NCBI GenBank assembly: GCA_052390235.1
Contig: JBQTHB010000006.1
Coordinates: 64,001 to 128,000, forward strand
Length of the DNA: 64,000 bases
From: Deltaproteobacteria bacterium
GTDB taxonomy: Bacteria; Desulfobacterota_D; UBA1144; Nemesobacterales; CSP1-2
Direction of reading: 5' to 3'
Shown here: one piece after another, positions 18,725-28,602 of the stretch
Layout of the letters: every line of letters starts with the position of its first letter
Position numbering within the stretch: the stretch's first letter is position 1
Notes under the pieces: model-generated
Seen by the model: only the letters and a program-made list of their open reading frames with translations
What the model was told of the DNA's origin: nothing
Databases searched by the model: none
Position numbers and translations under genes: made by a program

Positions 18725-19806
18725 GATACTATATTCACTCCTCTTGAGCCTTGAGATACAGCTTTTTTAAGCACCGCGTTCGTAACCCTGACCGTTGGAT
18801 TTTCCTCTCCGAAGCTCCCCGTCGATAAGACCGAGAACACATCGCTTCTGCCGGGACCAAGCGCCACGCCCGTAAGACCGGGGGCAATGGTAAGCGAGGT
18901 GTCGGTTGTTCTGGCTATTTGGCTAACCACGCGGCGGTCAACGACCGGATTATTCTCTCTCGCCTCGATGACGGCTTCGGCAATGTTTTCGGCGACCTCA
19001 TCGGACACCTCTTGAGCCGTCGCCCCGCCCTGCCCTCTGATGGCGGAGACTGCCGCCGCCTTGACCGATGCCATAAGCACGAGCTTTGTCGCCGTACTGA
19101 AATTTATCTTTTTATCGGAGGGATAGACCGTAACGAAGTCCTTGATTTGCGTGAAGAACTCATCGTCCATCCCCTCGATGAAGCGAATCTCGGCAACGCT
19201 GTCGAGGGCGCCGTCCTTTATGGCATAGGGCTTGTCCAGCGAGGCGTAAAACCCTGCCGCCGCGCCGCTTGGGTCTTGGTCGTTTCCAATTTGCGAGCCT
19301 TCTATCGAGCGGTCGAGCCAGTTGACGAGGCTTGAGATAAAAAGCGAGGATTTCCCGCCCTCAACCCCCAGGAGTCTGAAAAGCTCCCTTACTTGGGCAA
19401 GCGTCTGCTGGTCAACCTGATTGGTACTCTGGCTTACAAGGGCATTGAGATTCACCTTTGAGCGCTCGTCGGTAACCGTTACCGATAAATAACCTCCCCC
19501 AATGGGAAAAGGAGGAAACGTTATCGCCCACCTGCCTTCATCCCCCAGACCTGCGGCAGAGGACGCGGGAGATGACGAGGCCAGCCCCATTTCCTCAAGG
19601 GCGCTGTTTTTCATTGCTCCGGCGACGACATAGACCCCGGATTTGGCGATGTATCGCGCCTTGAGGTCGTCTCTGGTGTTGGCGGATATTTCGGCGTCAA
19701 TCTGGCTTGAATATATAAAATCAACTACGAGAATAGACAAAATCGCCACGGCTATCAGCGTTATGAGGAGAATTACCCCTCTTTCGGAATTTCTATGAGT
19801 CATCAT
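18709..19806 (-). CDS. gspK: Type II secretion minor pseudopilin GspK
   Basis: ERG|VILLITL prepilin-like N-terminus; DERSKVNLNAL, NWLD and KINFSTA motifs; operon position. Confidence 0.88.
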   Translation of the reverse strand: MMTHRNSERGVILLITLIAVAILSILVVDFIYSSQIDAEISANTRDDLKARYIAKSGVYVVAGAMKNSALEEMGLASSSPASSAAGLGDEGRWAITFPPFPIGGGYLSVTVTDERSKVNLNALVSQSTNQVDQQTLAQVRELFRLLGVEGGKSSLFISSLVNWLDRSIEGSQIGNDQDPSGAAAGFYASLDKPYAIKDGALDSVAEIRFIEGMDDEFFTQIKDFVTVYPSDKKINFSTATKLVLMASVKAAAVSAIRGQGGATAQEVSDEVAENIAEAVIEARENNPVVDRRVVSQIARTTDTSLTIAPGLTGVALGPGRSDVFSVLSTGSFGEENPTVRVTNAVLKKAVSQGSRGVNIVSWKED

Positions 19807-19884
19807 TTTCCCTCTCGCCCCCTTTGCCAATATCTACCCCTCCCTCCCCCGCGGTTCAGGACAGAGAGCGGGCATTGCCGATAA

Positions 19885-20538
19885 TCAATTCGCCGCCGGT
19901 ATCGCTACAAACGATTCAAACCGCAGGTCTTCTCCCCTTGGGCTTCTCATCGTCAGAGCCACAGCCACAGCCCTGGGGAGAGAGGCGCTCTGGGCTGAAC
20001 TCCACTCAGGAACAAAACCCTCCTCGGTGTTGCGAAAATATAAAATCTCAAACGCTACGACCCTATCTGAAATGGGATATTCGAGCGCGTCGCCTTCAAC
20101 CCCGATTTTAGACGACTCCCTGCGCATGAGGTAGAACAAATCCCCATCGGGCAGAGGCGCTAAGTAGTAGCTGATGAGAGCCTGGTCGGAGTCCCTAGGA
20201 TTCAGCCCCGCATCGTGAGAGAGCGAGGTAAAAGTAACCGCGCTCTGCCCGCCTGATGCCCTCGTTCCAAGGAAGAAATCCTCAGCCGCCAAGGAGGTGG
20301 GAAATACCCGTCCTCTCGGATACGCCGCCTCGAAGTCCCTCGACAATCTGGCGAGAATCGTTCGGGCTTCATGATAAGCCTCAAGCTCGGTTTCTACGGT
20401 GTCTTTTGCCTTGATAATCTGAAAGAAAGACGAATACAGAGCCGTTAAGAGGATGCTCCCGATGAAAACCGCGAGAAGCACCTCTAACAGAGTGAACCCC
20501 TCAGCGGAATTCCGATGTTGCGAGCGTAATAATAAAAT
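19885..20538 (-). CDS. gspJ: Type II secretion minor pseudopilin GspJ (start uncertain; candidate ATT 20538)
   Basis: In-frame AEG|FTLLEVLLAV lies upstream of the track start (20481); LPRAV.V C-terminal motif. Confidence 0.8.
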   Translation of the reverse strand: MLLLRSQHRNSAEGFTLLEVLLAVFIGSILLTALYSSFFQIIKAKDTVETELEAYHEARTILARLSRDFEAAYPRGRVFPTSLAAEDFFLGTRASGGQSAVTFTSLSHDAGLNPRDSDQALISYYLAPLPDGDLFYLMRRESSKIGVEGDALEYPISDRVVAFEILYFRNTEEGFVPEWSSAQSASLPRAVAVALTMRSPRGEDLRFESFVAIPAAN

Positions 20539-20890
20539 TTTCCCGCCCCCCGTCCCACTGGACTTCTAAATTGATGACTCGAAGCTCAATGCCGAGCTGG
20601 GCTATGGGCAGAGGGTTTATCGACAGAAACCACCTAAATCCCGGAGATTCTTCAAACTCCCCCGACTCTTCCCTTATTTCGGGATACCCCTCAAGCTCGA
20701 TTTCCGTGATTTTCTTCTGCGCCAGCGCCTCGGCAACGGTCAGATTTCTCGATTTCGAGGCGAGGGCTAAATTTCTATTCACCGCCCCAAGCAACACCGT
20801 AAGCGAGAGGCCCAGTATCGCCAGCGCCACAAGCACCTCGAGCAGTGTAAACCCGCCGCGCCGACCCCTATCTATTGAAGAACTCGACAT
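20501..20890 (-). CDS. gspI: Type II secretion minor pseudopilin GspI
   Basis: RRGG|FTLLEVLVALAIL; ESGEFEE...FRW...V.W. Confidence 0.85.
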   Translation of the reverse strand: MSSSSIDRGRRGGFTLLEVLVALAILGLSLTVLLGAVNRNLALASKSRNLTVAEALAQKKITEIELEGYPEIREESGEFEESPGFRWFLSINPLPIAQLGIELRVINLEVQWDGGRENFIITLATSEFR

Positions 20891-21377
20891 ATTCGTCATA
20901 TACGATAGTGCCGCCCGTATAGGGCTTTGTAACCAGAGTGTAATTGCTCCCGCTCTCGGTTTCAATGTGAATCACCGCCGGCTCTACGAACCCCTTGGGA
21001 GAGAATAAAATATACTCCCGCTCGTCCAGCAGGGATTTCCCCACGCTCCTCTCGGTCTGAACGTCCTTGAAGCGCACGCCGTCGGGGAGTTTTTTTCGCC
21101 TTAGCTGAGGCTCGGCGGAGGAGAAGAATTCGTTCCCCTCCAGGGTTTCAACCCAATACTCGCCCCTGTCAATATCGAACGAGAGCCTATAGACTTTTTT
21201 CTTAAAGACGGCCTCGTTATAGAGATATTTTATCGTGCCGCCGAGCCTTCGGGACGCGCTCTTTATGTTGACCTCGGCGAGGTCTTGAAATTTAGGCGCC
21301 GCCACGAGAGCAAACACTCCCACTAGCAGGATTGCGACGGAAAGCTCAATTAGCGTAAAACCCTCTTTTCTGCTCAT
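20868..21377 (-). CDS. gspH: Type II secretion minor pseudopilin GspH
   Basis: KEG|FTLIEL, KKLPDGV and FSPKG motifs; lies between gspG and gspI. Confidence 0.82.
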   Translation of the reverse strand: MSRKEGFTLIELSVAILLVGVFALVAAPKFQDLAEVNIKSASRRLGGTIKYLYNEAVFKKKVYRLSFDIDRGEYWVETLEGNEFFSSAEPQLRRKKLPDGVRFKDVQTERSVGKSLLDEREYILFSPKGFVEPAVIHIETESGSNYTLVTKPYTGGTIVYDEYVEFFNR

Positions 21378-21802
21378 TCTATATTGCGGCTCGTGATGTC
21401 GTCGTCGTTCTGCGGGACGCCGTCTTCCCCGGAGGAGATGATTTCAAAAGAGCCGTCCTGGGTTTGGTCTGGCCCTATATAAACGAATGCGCCACCCCAA
21501 GCGTCCTGCGGCAGACGCTTATCCGAAAGATACCCGTCCGGGGGATATTTTCTGATTGCCCTTCCCACGCCCGGAGGCGCGATGAGAGACTCAAGACCCT
21601 GCTGGGTTTCGGGGTAAAAACCGTTGTCAACCTTAAATAGCCCAAGCGCGGATTCGAGCTGTTTTATCTGGATTTTCGTCTGCTCCACTCGCGCCTGCCC
21701 CAGCCTCCCGATAACGTTCGTGCTGACAATATAGACTAGCCCCGCGATAATAACGAGAACGACCATAATTTCGATGAGAGTAAAACCGCCCTGCGACTTC
21801 AT
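21374..21802 (-). CDS. gspG: Type II secretion major pseudopilin GspG
   Basis: GG|FTLIEIMVVLVII, FKVDNGFYP.TQQGL.SL, DAWG and GEDG....DDDI motifs. Confidence 0.93.
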   Translation of the reverse strand: MKSQGGFTLIEIMVVLVIIAGLVYIVSTNVIGRLGQARVEQTKIQIKQLESALGLFKVDNGFYPETQQGLESLIAPPGVGRAIRKYPPDGYLSDKRLPQDAWGGAFVYIGPDQTQDGSFEIISSGEDGVPQNDDDITSRNIE

Positions 21803-21955
21803 ATCTGCTCTGACCTCCTAGAATAAATATCTCATATTAAATTCCGCGCCCGCCGCGTGTTTATATTATACAGATTGCGCAGTATAGAGCCGGGAAAAAG
21901 GACGCTCAACACTTCGGATAATCTCATCAGCAATCCCCCCCTCTGCCCATTGCCT

Positions 21956-23167
21956 CTAAGTGCCAATGGTTGATGTTAAGTCAAATATCGGCAGAAGTAT
22001 CGCAAATACGATAAATCCGACGACGCCCCCAATGAGCAGTATCATGACCGGCTCAAGGAGCGAGGTTAGCGTTGAGACCGACGTTTCAATTTGCAAATCG
22101 TAAATATCTGCCACCTTGACGAGCATCCCCTCTAGCTCTCCGGTCTGCTCCCCCACGGCAATCATCCGGGTCATAAGCGGAGGGAATACGCCCGTATCTC
22201 TGAGGGGCTTGGCGAAGCTCGCGCCTTCCCGCACATTTTCCCTCACCCCCCGCAGTTTCTCCTCATAGACGACGTTTCCCAGCACGGCTTCCCCGATTTC
22301 AAGGGCGTCGAGAAGGGGGATGCCGCTCCCCAGCAGAGTGCCTATCGTGCGCGTGAATCTCGATATGATGACCATTTTCCCAATGCGCCCGAATATGGGA
22401 ACGCGCAGGGTTATACCGTCGAAAATCCTCCTGCCTCGCTCAGTCTTTGAGAACCTGTAGGCGAGGAATATCCCGCCGGCAAGGAGTATGAGAAGCACGA
22501 ATAAATTGTTAGTGATGAAATTACTCGTCTCAATCAGGGCGACGGTTATAAAGGGCAGAGCCTTGCCGCTGTCTTCAAATATCTTAGCAATCTTGGGGAT
22601 GACGTATGTCATCATAAAAAAAAGCACGCCGCCCCCGATGACAAACATAAAGAGCGGATATATGAGCGCGCTTCTCACGCGGGAGCGCAGAGCGGTCTGC
22701 TTTTCGAGAAAATCGGCAAGCCTCAGAAGCACGATGTCGAGCGTGCCGCTTGCCTCGCCGGCTCTGACCATATTGATATAGAGGTCTGAGAAAACGCTCG
22801 GATGCTCCCTCAGCGCATTCGTAAGCGATGAGCCTTCGTTGATTCTATCCCTTACCTGAGTGAGAATTTGAGCGAGCTTGGAGTCTTCGGTCTGCTCGGC
22901 GAGGGCGGCAAGCGAGGCTTCGAGCGGGAGTCCCGCAGAGATGAGAGTGGAGAACTGGCGGGTCGTAACAGAAAGCTCCGCCGAGCTTACGCTCTTGAAT
23001 ACGGAGAATTTCTTCACCCGCCCCTCTTCTTTGATTTCGTCAATAGAGGAGAGGAAAAACCCCTGCCGCTTTAATTTCTCCCCCGCCGCCTTGGGGGAGT
23101 CGGCGTCAATTATTCCGTCTAGGGTTTTCCCGCGGTCGCTGATGGCTTTGTATTTATATACGGGCAT
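21956..23167 (-). CDS. gspF: Type II secretion inner-membrane protein GspF
   Basis: MPVYKYKA, TRQFSTLI.AGLPL, AGEASGTL, GEQTGEL and LLEPVMI motifs. Confidence 0.93.
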   Translation of the reverse strand: MPVYKYKAISDRGKTLDGIIDADSPKAAGEKLKRQGFFLSSIDEIKEEGRVKKFSVFKSVSSAELSVTTRQFSTLISAGLPLEASLAALAEQTEDSKLAQILTQVRDRINEGSSLTNALREHPSVFSDLYINMVRAGEASGTLDIVLLRLADFLEKQTALRSRVRSALIYPLFMFVIGGGVLFFMMTYVIPKIAKIFEDSGKALPFITVALIETSNFITNNLFVLLILLAGGIFLAYRFSKTERGRRIFDGITLRVPIFGRIGKMVIISRFTRTIGTLLGSGIPLLDALEIGEAVLGNVVYEEKLRGVRENVREGASFAKPLRDTGVFPPLMTRMIAVGEQTGELEGMLVKVADIYDLQIETSVSTLTSLLEPVMILLIGGVVGFIVFAILLPIFDLTSTIGT

Positions 23168-23211
23168 TTATTCACATCACACAGGGTTAGGTATAGCGCG
23201 CCGCGCTGGTT

Positions 23212-24888
23212 TTATAAACCGTCCTCTTCGGTAACGCGCATGACCTCGTCTATCGAGGTTAAGCCCTTGATAATTTTATCAGCCCCGTCCATTCTGAGGG
23301 TCGTCATACCGCGGTGAACGGCTTTTTTCTTTATCTTCGTGGAGTCTGCCGAAGAGAGCGTGAGGTTTCTCGTGTCGTCGTCAATGACGAGGGTCTCGAA
23401 TATGCCGGTTCTGCCGCTGTAGCCTGTGCCGAGGCATTCGTTGCACCCTACGGCGCGGTAAATCATGCCGGAGGTTATCTGCTTTCTCGCAAGCCCTATG
23501 CGCTCCAGTTCCTCGTCGGCGGGGCGGTACGGCTCTCTACAGCGCAGGCACAGAAGCCGAAGTAGCCTCTGCGCAACGACAGCCATCAGGGACGACGCCA
23601 CCAAAAACGGCTCGATTCCCATATCGAGAAGCCTAGTTATGGCGCTTGCCGAGTCGTTTGTATGGAGGGTCGAGAAAACCAAATGTCCAGTGAGGGATGC
23701 GTGAATGGCGATGTCAGCGGTCTCGCGGTCTCGGATTTCGCCGATGAGAATTACGTCTGGGTCTTGGCGCAGAACTGAACGAAGCCCATTTGCAAAGGTG
23801 AGGCTCACCTTGGAATTGACCTGAATTTGATTCACCCCCTGAAGCTGATACTCCACGGGGTCTTCGACGGTGATGATTTTTTTATCGGCGGAGTTAATCC
23901 TCACGAGGCTCGCGTAGAGGGTCGTGGTCTTGCCGCTTCCCGTGGGGCCCGTAACGAGGATGATGCCGTGAGGGCGGCGCACTAGGGAGTTTATAGTGTT
24001 GAGCTTCTGCCCCTCAAGCCCCAAGTCCTCAAGGCTCAGCAGCACCGATGAGCGGTCTAATAGTCTCATCACCACGCTCTCTCCCCATGTGGTTGGCACG
24101 GTTGAGATACGCACATCCACGTCTCTGCCCGCGACTTTCACGCGGATTCTGCCGTCCTGAGGCTTCCTCTTCTCGGCAATATCGAGTTCAGCCATAATTT
24201 TCACCCTCGAAATTATGGACGACTGTAGCCTCTTTGGCACTGCCGTAACCTTGTGGAGCATCCCGTCCTTGCGGTATCGGATGAGTACGTCCTTCTCGAA
24301 GCACTCGATGTGAATATCGCTTGCCTTCTCTTTTATGGCTTGGAACATGAGGGAGTTTACGAACCTTATGACCGGCGCTTCGTCCTCGGCTTCGAGGAGG
24401 TCTTTGGGCTCCTGAAGGTCAGATTCGCTAATGCCCTCAGGGTTTTCTCCAATCTCGTCGGTCATCTCCTTGCCGCGCTCATAGACCTTATTGATGCAGT
24501 CAATCACAGATGAGCTAAGCGCGAGGATAGGCTCCACCTCGCACCCAAGCAGGGATTTCACTTCATCCAGCGCGTAGAGGTCAAGCGGCGGGGCGACGGC
24601 GATGACGACTTTATTGTCCCCCCTTCTAAGCGGGATGAGCCGGAAACGCTTGGCGAAACTTATGGGCAGGAGTTTTACTATTTCCGGGTCAACGTCGCGC
24701 TCGGAGACGTTCAGAATATAGGGGATGTCGTAGTATTCGGACAGCACGTCCAGCACTTCTTTATCCGTGAGGGCTTTGGATTTGAGAAGCGCGTCTTCTA
24801 CCCTCTCGCCGTTTTTTGCGAGAAGCTCTGAGATATTGGCCTGCGCCTGAGGGATACGCTCGGTGATAATTTCTTCGAGTCTCTTCAT
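23212..24888 (-). CDS. gspE: Type II secretion ATPase GspE
   Basis: DIAEKRKPQDGR, GPTGSGKTTT, RQDPD and TGHLVFSTLHTN motifs; tetracysteine motif. Confidence 0.95.
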   Translation of the reverse strand: MKRLEEIITERIPQAQANISELLAKNGERVEDALLKSKALTDKEVLDVLSEYYDIPYILNVSERDVDPEIVKLLPISFAKRFRLIPLRRGDNKVVIAVAPPLDLYALDEVKSLLGCEVEPILALSSSVIDCINKVYERGKEMTDEIGENPEGISESDLQEPKDLLEAEDEAPVIRFVNSLMFQAIKEKASDIHIECFEKDVLIRYRKDGMLHKVTAVPKRLQSSIISRVKIMAELDIAEKRKPQDGRIRVKVAGRDVDVRISTVPTTWGESVVMRLLDRSSVLLSLEDLGLEGQKLNTINSLVRRPHGIILVTGPTGSGKTTTLYASLVRINSADKKIITVEDPVEYQLQGVNQIQVNSKVSLTFANGLRSVLRQDPDVILIGEIRDRETADIAIHASLTGHLVFSTLHTNDSASAITRLLDMGIEPFLVASSLMAVVAQRLLRLLCLRCREPYRPADEELERIGLARKQITSGMIYRAVGCNECLGTGYSGRTGIFETLVIDDDTRNLTLSSADSTKIKKKAVHRGMTTLRMDGADKIIKGLTSIDEVMRVTEEDGL

Positions 24889-24977
24889 TGTGTCAAAAGT
24901 TCCCGCGCTGGGATTAGAAAATCAGCCGGGGCAGGCTCTCACGCGCCGCCCGCAGGGTCTCCGACGCCCGCGCAACT

Positions 24978-27455
24978 CTAATTGAGCTCTTTTTGCTGGA
25001 GTAGCATATTTTGCTTCTGCTTTTCTTCGAGGATGCTCTGCATCTGAATTTCGCTCTCAACGATGCGCGGAGTAAGTAGAATCATCAGATTAATCTTACT
25101 GCTCCTTCTGGATTTAAATTTAAAGAAATTTCCGAAGAAGGGAATATCCCCTATGAGCGGCACTTTGCTCTCTGCCGTGCTTTCCCTGTCCTGCACCAAG
25201 CCTCCGATGACGATGGTCTGCCCGTTTTTAACCACCACTGATGAATCGGCGGTTCTCGTCGTCGTGGCAATGCCAAACTGAGCGGTGTTGAGTCCTGCGG
25301 GGGCGTCCCTTACGGCGGAGACCTCGGTGAGGATATTCAGCGTGAGGTAATCCCCTTCGCTGATTTGAGGGGTTATGGCAAGGCGGATTCCCACGGGCTG
25401 ACGCTCAATGGTCTGCACGGTAACTCCGGTCTCAGCGACGGTGCTTCCAGTGGGGAAGGGAATTACGTCCGCAACGATGATTTCTGCCTCTTCATTATCG
25501 GTCGTGAGGAGGCTTGGGGTGGACAGCACGTTCACATCCGTAAGCGAGCTTAGGGCTTGATATAGGGCGCTGAAAGAAGGCACAGGCGGTATGGGGCCCG
25601 AGCCATCTGGGTCAACGGTGTCCCCTATAACTCCGAGAAATAGCCCGGATATGCTCCCCACGGCAGACACCAGAGAGCTTGAGCTTGCCGCCGCTCCGAG
25701 GAGGCTGGGGATTCCGGGAAGAGCCGTGCCGCCAAATCCGAGGTTGTCGTTATTGATAATTGCGCCGAGGCTGAAATTTCCCCCGAGGGATTTGAGCTTC
25801 TCGAGGCTTATCTCAAGTATCGCCGCCTCGACGAAGACCTGTCTGCGCCTTATATCGAGCTGGTCTATGACCCCTTTTACGGATTCATAATCCCTTCTCG
25901 AACCCACAATAATTACGGAGTTCGTAGCCGGGTCTGCGGTTATCCTAATGCCGTCGGCTTCGGCGACGACCGAGGAGAACACCCCTTGGTTTTCCTGCCC
26001 TCGATTTGTCTGGTCGCCCCCGCCCTGCTGTCCGAACCCGAAGTTGCCGCCCTGCCTCCCTTGGAATCCAAAACCGCCTCCTCCTGTGTTCTGCCTGCCG
26101 GACGAGACAAAGACGCTCCCGCCCTGATTTCTATTGCGCCTGTTCGATGTGCCGAACTGCCCTAGCTGAGAGCCAAGTCCCGTAACGCCGCCTCCGCCGC
26201 CGCCCCCGCCTATGAGCCCTGAGATGACCGATACTACCTGCTCGGCGTCCGCGTTTTGCAGACGGATGACGTATATCCCCTGCTCAGGCTGGTCAATTTT
26301 TACATCGAGCATGGCAATTATGGATTTTATCTTCTGCATATCATCGGGGTATGCGATGACGATGAGGGAATTCGTGCGCTCGTCGGTTAAGACCTTTAGC
26401 CCGGACACAGGGGCTTGAGAGAGCCCTCCTGGGGACTGAGGGGCTTGCTGTATGGGGACGTTGCGGGGCTGGCGTGGGGAGACGTTCTGCTGAATTGATG
26501 GGCCGCCCGCGCCTGCGCCAAAGATGCCGGAGAGCTTCTCGGCAATATCGAGGGCGTCGGAGTTCTCGATTTTGATAAACTCGACGACGGTGTCTTGGTC
26601 AATGCTGTCGATAATTTTGAGGAGCTTATTGAGATTTGAGACCGTATCCACGATGATGAGGGTGTTGAGTCCCGGATACAGGAGAATATCGCCCTCTTTC
26701 GAGACCAAGGGTTTTAGAGTGTTAGTGATGTCGGCGGCGTTTAGGTTTTTGAGCGGCACAAGGCGGGTTACAAACCTATCCGAGGACGCGCCGTAGCCCT
26801 TGCCAACTTCAATCGGGAGGGTCTCGCCCTTTATGTCTCTCTTGGGGATGACCTTATTTACGCTGTCTTTTTTGATAATGGTAAACCCGTTTAAATCCAG
26901 AATCGCCTCAAAGAGCCTTATGGCGTTTCGCTCCTTGAACCCTCCCCTTGGGGTGATGATGGTTATCTGCTTGCCCCTTACGGATTCATCGAGGATGAAC
27001 GTCTCGCCGGTGATTTCACTGATGGTCTGAATCATGTCCCTGATGTCCATCTCAGCCTGGAGGTTTACTACTTCCTCCTGCGGGGCAGACAGCGGACTCG
27101 GAGTGATTCTGATTACCGGCGCAGGGGCGGGGGTAATCTGCCTCGGAGCGGGGGTTATTTCCTGAACCAGAGGGGGAGTTTGAATCGGCTCGTCGTTATC
27201 ATCGCCTTCTCCGGGATTCTCCTGGGGGGCGGGGTCTGGGTTTTCATCGGAGGAATCCTCGCCCTCTTCTGTGGGCGGCTCTAGGAGTTGAACCGGGGCG
27301 ATACGCTTGGTCGCTCCATTGGGGGGGGATGTAGCCCCATTTTTATTGGATTTTCCATTGTGTATCTGAGCGTCTTGGCTCCTTGCATCCACGCCGGGCG
27401 CGACGACGAGCGTCATGAGGCAGAGAATATTTATAATTCTTTTTTTCATATTCAC
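24978..27455 (-). CDS. gspD: Type II secretion secretin GspD
   Basis: N0-N3 domains, DERTNSL, QVFVEAAILE, GQTIVIGGL, KVPLIGDIP and LMILLTPRIV motifs. Confidence 0.93.
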   Translation of the reverse strand: MNMKKRIINILCLMTLVVAPGVDARSQDAQIHNGKSNKNGATSPPNGATKRIAPVQLLEPPTEEGEDSSDENPDPAPQENPGEGDDNDEPIQTPPLVQEITPAPRQITPAPAPVIRITPSPLSAPQEEVVNLQAEMDIRDMIQTISEITGETFILDESVRGKQITIITPRGGFKERNAIRLFEAILDLNGFTIIKKDSVNKVIPKRDIKGETLPIEVGKGYGASSDRFVTRLVPLKNLNAADITNTLKPLVSKEGDILLYPGLNTLIIVDTVSNLNKLLKIIDSIDQDTVVEFIKIENSDALDIAEKLSGIFGAGAGGPSIQQNVSPRQPRNVPIQQAPQSPGGLSQAPVSGLKVLTDERTNSLIVIAYPDDMQKIKSIIAMLDVKIDQPEQGIYVIRLQNADAEQVVSVISGLIGGGGGGGGVTGLGSQLGQFGTSNRRNRNQGGSVFVSSGRQNTGGGGFGFQGRQGGNFGFGQQGGGDQTNRGQENQGVFSSVVAEADGIRITADPATNSVIIVGSRRDYESVKGVIDQLDIRRRQVFVEAAILEISLEKLKSLGGNFSLGAIINNDNLGFGGTALPGIPSLLGAAASSSSLVSAVGSISGLFLGVIGDTVDPDGSGPIPPVPSFSALYQALSSLTDVNVLSTPSLLTTDNEEAEIIVADVIPFPTGSTVAETGVTVQTIERQPVGIRLAITPQISEGDYLTLNILTEVSAVRDAPAGLNTAQFGIATTTRTADSSVVVKNGQTIVIGGLVQDRESTAESKVPLIGDIPFFGNFFKFKSRRSSKINLMILLTPRIVESEIQMQSILEEKQKQNMLLQQKELN

Positions 27456-27543
27456 TTAACTCTCCTTAATAAAACTTTCAGATGAATACCGCAAAGCCCC
27501 CTCCAGCTCGGAATGACTTATCCCACTCATCCCCCAGCGCGTC

Positions 27544-28482
27544 CTACTTGACCTTATATTCGTATGTAACCCTCTGCCCGCGCCGCGTTATATCCAAGCT
27601 GAAACTGCTCTGCCCCCTGAGGTCTTCAAAGAGGCTCAGGGCGTTTTCAATATTATTGAGCTTAACTTTATTTATCTCGTGTATCGTGTCGCCGTTTCTG
27701 AGTCCGATTTTAAAGAAAATACTGCTCGGCCTGATAGCGAACATCTTAAGCCCGTCCGCCTGGGGGATAACCCTCGCCTGAGTGAGAAGCTGATTGGGGT
27801 CTGAGAGGAGCTCGTCGAGCATCTTTTGCTCTATTTCATAGACGCCCTCGTTTACCTCTTTGATTCCCCTCGTCTCAGAGCCGCCGGATGCGATTCTGTC
27901 TCTTAGGTTTTGAATCGGCGTGGGCTGGTTATTAAAAACCGGGGACGCGTCGGCAACCTGCTTGTCATTGATGTTTTTGCATTTTATTTTCTCGGCTTCC
28001 CTGCGCTCGACCACGACTATACAGTTGCCGATTTTAGATAACTTTACCTTCTCGGTTTGAACCACGTCAATCACCTCGCCCTCGAAGTAGCTTCTGGACT
28101 TGCCCGTATCGGTGTTTTTAATGACAGCGATGGAGTTTTCCCCAAGCACCGTGGCGAGAAGCTGGAGGTTGAGCGTCGAGAGCCGAGCCTGCTCGGGGTC
28201 AACATCGGACGAGCCTGATGAGACGCTTGCCAGGCCAAATATATTTCTCTCGATAATTACATCGTAGGCGCTCTGTCCGGCGGCGTTCCGCTCGGCGAGT
28301 TGTATTGCCGAATCATCAGAGGGGGAGGGGTCGGAAGGCGGTTTCAGCGCGGAGTCCGCCGACAGCCTACGGTCAATCCCGCCGCCGAGGATTGTGGCGA
28401 GGCTGTAGGCAATGCCCGCGATGAGAAGCAGATTCAGAACCCAGACGTATTTTTTAAGAAGCGATAGAATCATTTTAAGCAC
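27544..28482 (-). CDS. gspC: Type II secretion protein GspC (TM, HR and PDZ domains)
   Basis: N-terminal TM; ERNIF; ARVIP...G.KMFAIRPSSIF.KIGL.NGD.I..IN; ITRRGQ; first gene of the operon. Confidence 0.88.
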   Translation of the reverse strand: MLKMILSLLKKYVWVLNLLLIAGIAYSLATILGGGIDRRLSADSALKPPSDPSPSDDSAIQLAERNAAGQSAYDVIIERNIFGLASVSSGSSDVDPEQARLSTLNLQLLATVLGENSIAVIKNTDTGKSRSYFEGEVIDVVQTEKVKLSKIGNCIVVVERREAEKIKCKNINDKQVADASPVFNNQPTPIQNLRDRIASGGSETRGIKEVNEGVYEIEQKMLDELLSDPNQLLTQARVIPQADGLKMFAIRPSSIFFKIGLRNGDTIHEINKVKLNNIENALSLFEDLRGQSSFSLDITRRGQRVTYEYKVK

Positions 28483-28602
28483 ATATATTAAATTTTATTA
28501 TAAAAATAAAGTAATTCACTTTATCCGTCAAGAGAAATCCCCTTCGGCGGCGCAATGGGACTACTCGCTCGAAGCCCGGATTTATCAAATTCCATAGCCC
28601 TC

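Noticed and set aside
19885..24888. Type IV pilus locus
   Set aside because: The GspG-specific C-terminus, GspK, PDZ-containing GspC and N0-N3 secretin indicate T2SS; no pilT or pilMNOP is present.
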